A stretch of DNA of 64,000 nt, from IMG/VR virus record IMGVR_UViG_3300045988_174111, positions 40,621 to 104,620 of that record; one strand, 5' to 3'. This stretch comes from a virus. The translations under genes were made by a program, and so were the position numbers. Within the stretch, counting starts at the first letter, position 1. Every line of letters begins with the position of its first letter. Below the pieces are notes generated by a model. It had not been told where the DNA came from, ran no database searches, and worked only from the letters and a program-made list of their open reading frames with translations. This document shows, piece by piece, positions 61,484 to 64,000 of this stretch.

Positions 61484-62155
61484 TCATTCAACAGTTGTTT
61501 CGGCAGAATAGTTTTCACCTGCGTATTTTACGGAAACTCCAAATTTCTTGTTTGTCGTAATTCCATCAGAAATTTGTAAATCTTTCTTTACTTCAAACAT
61601 AACGTAATTCTTCGTTTCTTTCTTTAATGTCAACACTTTATTGTCTTCACTACGTGTTCCAACGGCATCACATGATTCGGCAAAACTTGCTTCAGTATCC
61701 AAAGAAGATACCCCATAATTAATGGACAGCTCCATTTGGTATTTCCCATTTTCGTCAACCTTATCAAATGTCATCACAAGCCATGGTAATGAATCTTGAG
61801 ACGCCTCGTAGTCATACTGGTCGCGATAAGACTTTGGAACTACACTGTTATAGGATTCCTCATCAAAAGCAATCCCAACCTTCAGATTTTCTATTCGAGG
61901 AACAAAGTTCTGGGAAACTTCTGCGTCAATTTCGTCATTTGAACCATACACAACCAAATCGCATTCACACTTTTTAGCGATATTAATCATATTTGCAACT
62001 GAAACCTCGTCACCAGTTTTCAAAGAAAGCCCCAACGGAACCAATTTAGATTTATCCCCAAATATTCCGGTTACCATAAAATTCCCAATAGAACCAAAGC
62101 CATCAGTTTCAACTGTTACTCGGTCTTTTCCTTTCGTATAAACGTATTTTTTCAT
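61484..62155 (-). CDS. Hypothetical protein
   Basis: 223-aa ORF with its own promoter motif 23 nt upstream. Confidence 0.6.
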   Translation of the reverse strand: MKKYVYTKGKDRVTVETDGFGSIGNFMVTGIFGDKSKLVPLGLSLKTGDEVSVANMINIAKKCECDLVVYGSNDEIDAEVSQNFVPRIENLKVGIAFDEESYNSVVPKSYRDQYDYEASQDSLPWLVMTFDKVDENGKYQMELSINYGVSSLDTEASFAESCDAVGTRSEDNKVLTLKKETKNYVMFEVKKDLQISDGITTNKKFGVSVKYAGENYSAETTVE

Positions 62156-62177
62156 ATCAATTTATTTTTAAACGATA

Positions 62178-62185
62178 CAAATATA
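62178..62185 (-). promoter_or_regulatory. Bacteroidota-type -7 promoter element (TATATTTG on the minus strand)
   Basis: Plus strand caaatata within cgatacaaatata. The same extended context recurs at 63148-63159. Confidence 0.5.
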
Positions 62186-62254
62186 TAAAAAAGCTTACCG
62201 AAAATAAAGCAAAAGCTCATTCCTCCTTTAAAGAAAAATTGTTAGAAATATACT

Positions 62255-62285
62255 GTTCCGGCATGATTTAATTTTATGCCGGAAC
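62255..62285 (-). terminator. Perfect 10-bp hairpin between two transcription units (terminator candidate without a U-tract)
   Basis: gttccggcat / atgccggaac with an 11-nt loop. It lies between the stop at 62361 and the promoter motif at 62178. The trailing sequence is not T-rich. Confidence 0.45.
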
Positions 62286-62360
62286 AAAACTCAAAGTGCA
62301 AATTACTTTACTTTTCAGTAAAACTCATAACTTCTACTTTTAAGCACATTCTTAGTATCT

Positions 62361-63128
62361 CTATTTAGCCTCTGTTCCTCGTTTAGCCAGCTCGTTCTTG
62401 ACTTTCATAATAGAATACAACTTTTCGGCTCTACGAGACTTAGGAAGGTCGTCAAACTGGGAATTAAATTCACTTACAAGGCCAGCTTCCATCTTTTTAA
62501 GATTATCCGTAGATACCTTTGAAAGAACCCCAAGATTCTGGTCGGCAGTTTTCTTCACCTTATCTGACAGGTATTTCTTCAAGTTCACTTTCCCACTGTT
62601 AGGAAGGTCATCGAACTCTGCACGGGTATAAGTTTCTTCGTCTGCTTCTTTTTCGGTTTCAGACTTTTCGTTCTTTTCCGGCTCATTTTTAGATTCGGCT
62701 CTTTTCTTAATTTCGTTTTCTACAGCTCGAAGCCTGTCATCATATTTCTTCTGCTTAGAAGCTTCATTGATTTTCTTATTGGTTTCTTTGATTTCCTTTG
62801 CGTTTCTCTTCTCTTCGTTTGCCTTGACACCAGCATTAATCTTTTCAGCCTGTTTTTTCGCAGCCTCAAGTTTCTGTTTCTTCTCCGAAAGTTTCATCAC
62901 TTCCGCAGCCGGAAGATTCAGTTTCCCCTCGTTGATAGCAGCGATGACCTTATTTACAGCCTCGAGTTCTTTCGCAGGGTCAGTTTCCTTCTCCTCAGTC
63001 TTTTCACCGTCCTCGGGCTGTTTCTCAGCACCGTACTTTTGACCCACACGATGTTTTCTACGATTCTCAGAAGTGTCCTTGTAAATTCCTGAACGGCTTT
63101 TTAAAATTTGTGTTTCAATTAATTTCAT
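62361..63128 (-). CDS. Lys/Glu-rich protein with an N-terminal G-x-Y-x-DT-x-x-NR-x-x-x-RVG motif
   Basis: 255-aa ORF containing RSGIYKDTSENRRKHRVGQKYG. The rest is highly charged and helical. Confidence 0.6.
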   Translation of the reverse strand: MKLIETQILKSRSGIYKDTSENRRKHRVGQKYGAEKQPEDGEKTEEKETDPAKELEAVNKVIAAINEGKLNLPAAEVMKLSEKKQKLEAAKKQAEKINAGVKANEEKRNAKEIKETNKKINEASKQKKYDDRLRAVENEIKKRAESKNEPEKNEKSETEKEADEETYTRAEFDDLPNSGKVNLKKYLSDKVKKTADQNLGVLSKVSTDNLKKMEAGLVSEFNSQFDDLPKSRRAEKLYSIMKVKNELAKRGTEAK

Positions 63129-63151
63129 ATCCTTTTGTTTTAATGACGATA

Positions 63152-63159
63152 CAAATATA
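63152..63159 (-). promoter_or_regulatory. Bacteroidota-type -7 promoter element (TATATTTG on the minus strand) with a -33 TTTG
   Basis: Plus strand caaatata. A TTTG at 63179-63182 lies 19 nt upstream. The motif is 24 nt upstream of the ATG at 63128. Confidence 0.55.
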
Positions 63160-63226
63160 GTGGAAATTCAGGAATAAACAAAGAAAAATCTAATAAAAAT
63201 CTCCTATTATTCCTGAATTTTCTCAT

Positions 63227-63775
63227 TTAAAATCTTGTTGAAATTTGATAAGGCTTTCCAACCCGTTTAAGTTTCCGATTTCCTGGAGTGTCTGAATAAC
63301 GGCCAAACTGGATATCTTCCTTTAAATCAGTAGATTTCATCAATATCCCTTCTCCTCTCTCTTCAAAAAGAGATTTCAAAAATTTCTCTGAAGGAACAAA
63401 AGCTTCACCAACACGATTCAGTCTACGATTCGTAGGAGTGTCCTTAAATACGCCTTCAAGACCTTTCAAGACTGTCCCGCTGTCAGTAACCTCCCATTCT
63501 ACCTGTTCGGGGCGATAAAACATGATAACGTCTTTTCCTTCCTTATCGCAGCATACTGCCTTTTGAAGATACATTGCTTCTGCAATAAATTCATCTCTTT
63601 CAGCATCAGAAAGCTGGCCAGAACGACTTTTCATCATTCCCTCCTTATAAAAGGAGGCTACTTCATCAGAAGTAAATACTTCATAACCATTGTTATGTGC
63701 AGTTTCTTGAAACAGTTCCAAAGGAACCTTCTTTTTTCCTTTTTCCATAATTAAGCAAATTAAGTTTGAGAACAA
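63227..63775 (-). CDS. Hypothetical protein with two copies of the DT-x-x-NR-x-x-x-RVG motif
   Basis: 182-aa ORF containing GVFKDTPTNRRLNRVGEAFVP and GRYSDTPGNRKLKRVGKPYQ. The true start may be the internal MEKGKKK. Confidence 0.6.
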   Translation of the reverse strand: MFSNLICLIMEKGKKKVPLELFQETAHNNGYEVFTSDEVASFYKEGMMKSRSGQLSDAERDEFIAEAMYLQKAVCCDKEGKDVIMFYRPEQVEWEVTDSGTVLKGLEGVFKDTPTNRRLNRVGEAFVPSEKFLKSLFEERGEGILMKSTDLKEDIQFGRYSDTPGNRKLKRVGKPYQISTRF

Positions 63776-63837
63776 AATTATTCATAATTTTTGTCATTTA
63801 TAGGAAAGAAATCAATTTACTCTTACAAAATAAAAAC

Positions 63838-63870
63838 GGGCAGTGAAAGGATTCGCATCCTTTCATGCCC
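63838..63870 (-). terminator. Rho-independent terminator for a gene to the right of or at the window edge
   Basis: 14-bp stem with one bulged G (gggcaGtgaaaggat / atcctttcatgccc) and loop tcgc. On the minus strand it is followed by GTTTTTATTTTG. Confidence 0.7.
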
Positions 63871-64000
63871 CAACAAAATTCTAAATCATCAAAAATAAAC
63901 GAATGTCAAATCAAAAAAAACAATTAAAGTCAGAATAGATGAGTAGAAATACAAAAACTAAAATTTGAACACCTAAATAACGTTGTGGAATCAAAAAAGT

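Noticed and set aside
62152-62220. 22-codon ORF (MSFCFIFGKLFYIFVSFKNKLI) preceded by aaaggagga, a Shine-Dalgarno-like sequence.
   Set aside because: The AGGAGG sits only 1 nt from the ATG. The ORF runs straight through the TATATTTG promoter motif of the next gene. No other gene in the window uses a Shine-Dalgarno sequence. The match is probably fortuitous.
1-64000. Possible stop-codon reassignment (TAG or TGA recoding, as in some Bacteroides and crAss-like phages), prompted by the in-frame TAA at 44286 and the TAG at 48916.
   Set aside because: All three stop codons end well-supported genes at the expected positions. TAG ends the RecA and SbcD genes, TGA ends the portal and DnaQ-like genes, and TAA ends dut and many others. 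Large structural genes are uninterrupted under the standard code.

Overview
This window is a contiguous piece of a tailed dsDNA phage genome with a contractile tail (sheath, tube and baseplate genes are present). It is AT-rich and almost fully coding. Every credible gene is on the minus strand. Read along the minus strand (right to left), the order is as follows. First come virion-associated basic proteins, portal, a MuF/SPP1-gp7-like head morphogenesis protein, a Nudix protein, prohead protease, scaffold, major capsid and neck genes. Next come LamG-like and BACON/repeat surface proteins. Then come sheath, tube, chaperones, tape measure, baseplate, a lysis pair and fibres. Then come a GIY-YIG homing endonuclease, an HNH endonuclease, a DnaQ-like exonuclease, TerL, a DnaB-like helicase, primase and dUTPase. 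The last block holds a nucleotide-metabolism / possible DNA-modification cassette, a DnaE-type polymerase, and SbcD, RecA and SbcC homologues. The host is probably a member of the Bacteroidota. This rests on TAnnTTTG -7 promoter motifs, the lack of Shine-Dalgarno sequences, and the BACON and Listeria-Bacteroides-type repeat domains. The standard genetic code appears to be in use. The most interesting observations are: (1) a ThyA-like / two-kinase / HD / unknown-enzyme / dUTPase cassette that resembles thymidine-hypermodification pathways; (2) three inteins (DnaE, the TerL P-loop, and the HPxCRC motif of the MuF-like head protein), the last carrying a Vsr/DUF559-type nuclease; (3) a BACON domain cut in two by a single in-frame TAA, with the same half-domain repeated exactly 3,900 bp away so that it brackets a 1,295-aa repeat protein; (4) a LamG-like gene that needs two compensating frameshifts at homopolymer tracts; (5) a moron-like unit with its own promoter and terminator that encodes a 41-aa Gly/Cys-rich peptide. 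No rRNA, tRNA, CRISPR array, integrase or reverse transcriptase was found. All functional calls come from motifs read by eye, and no database search was run.
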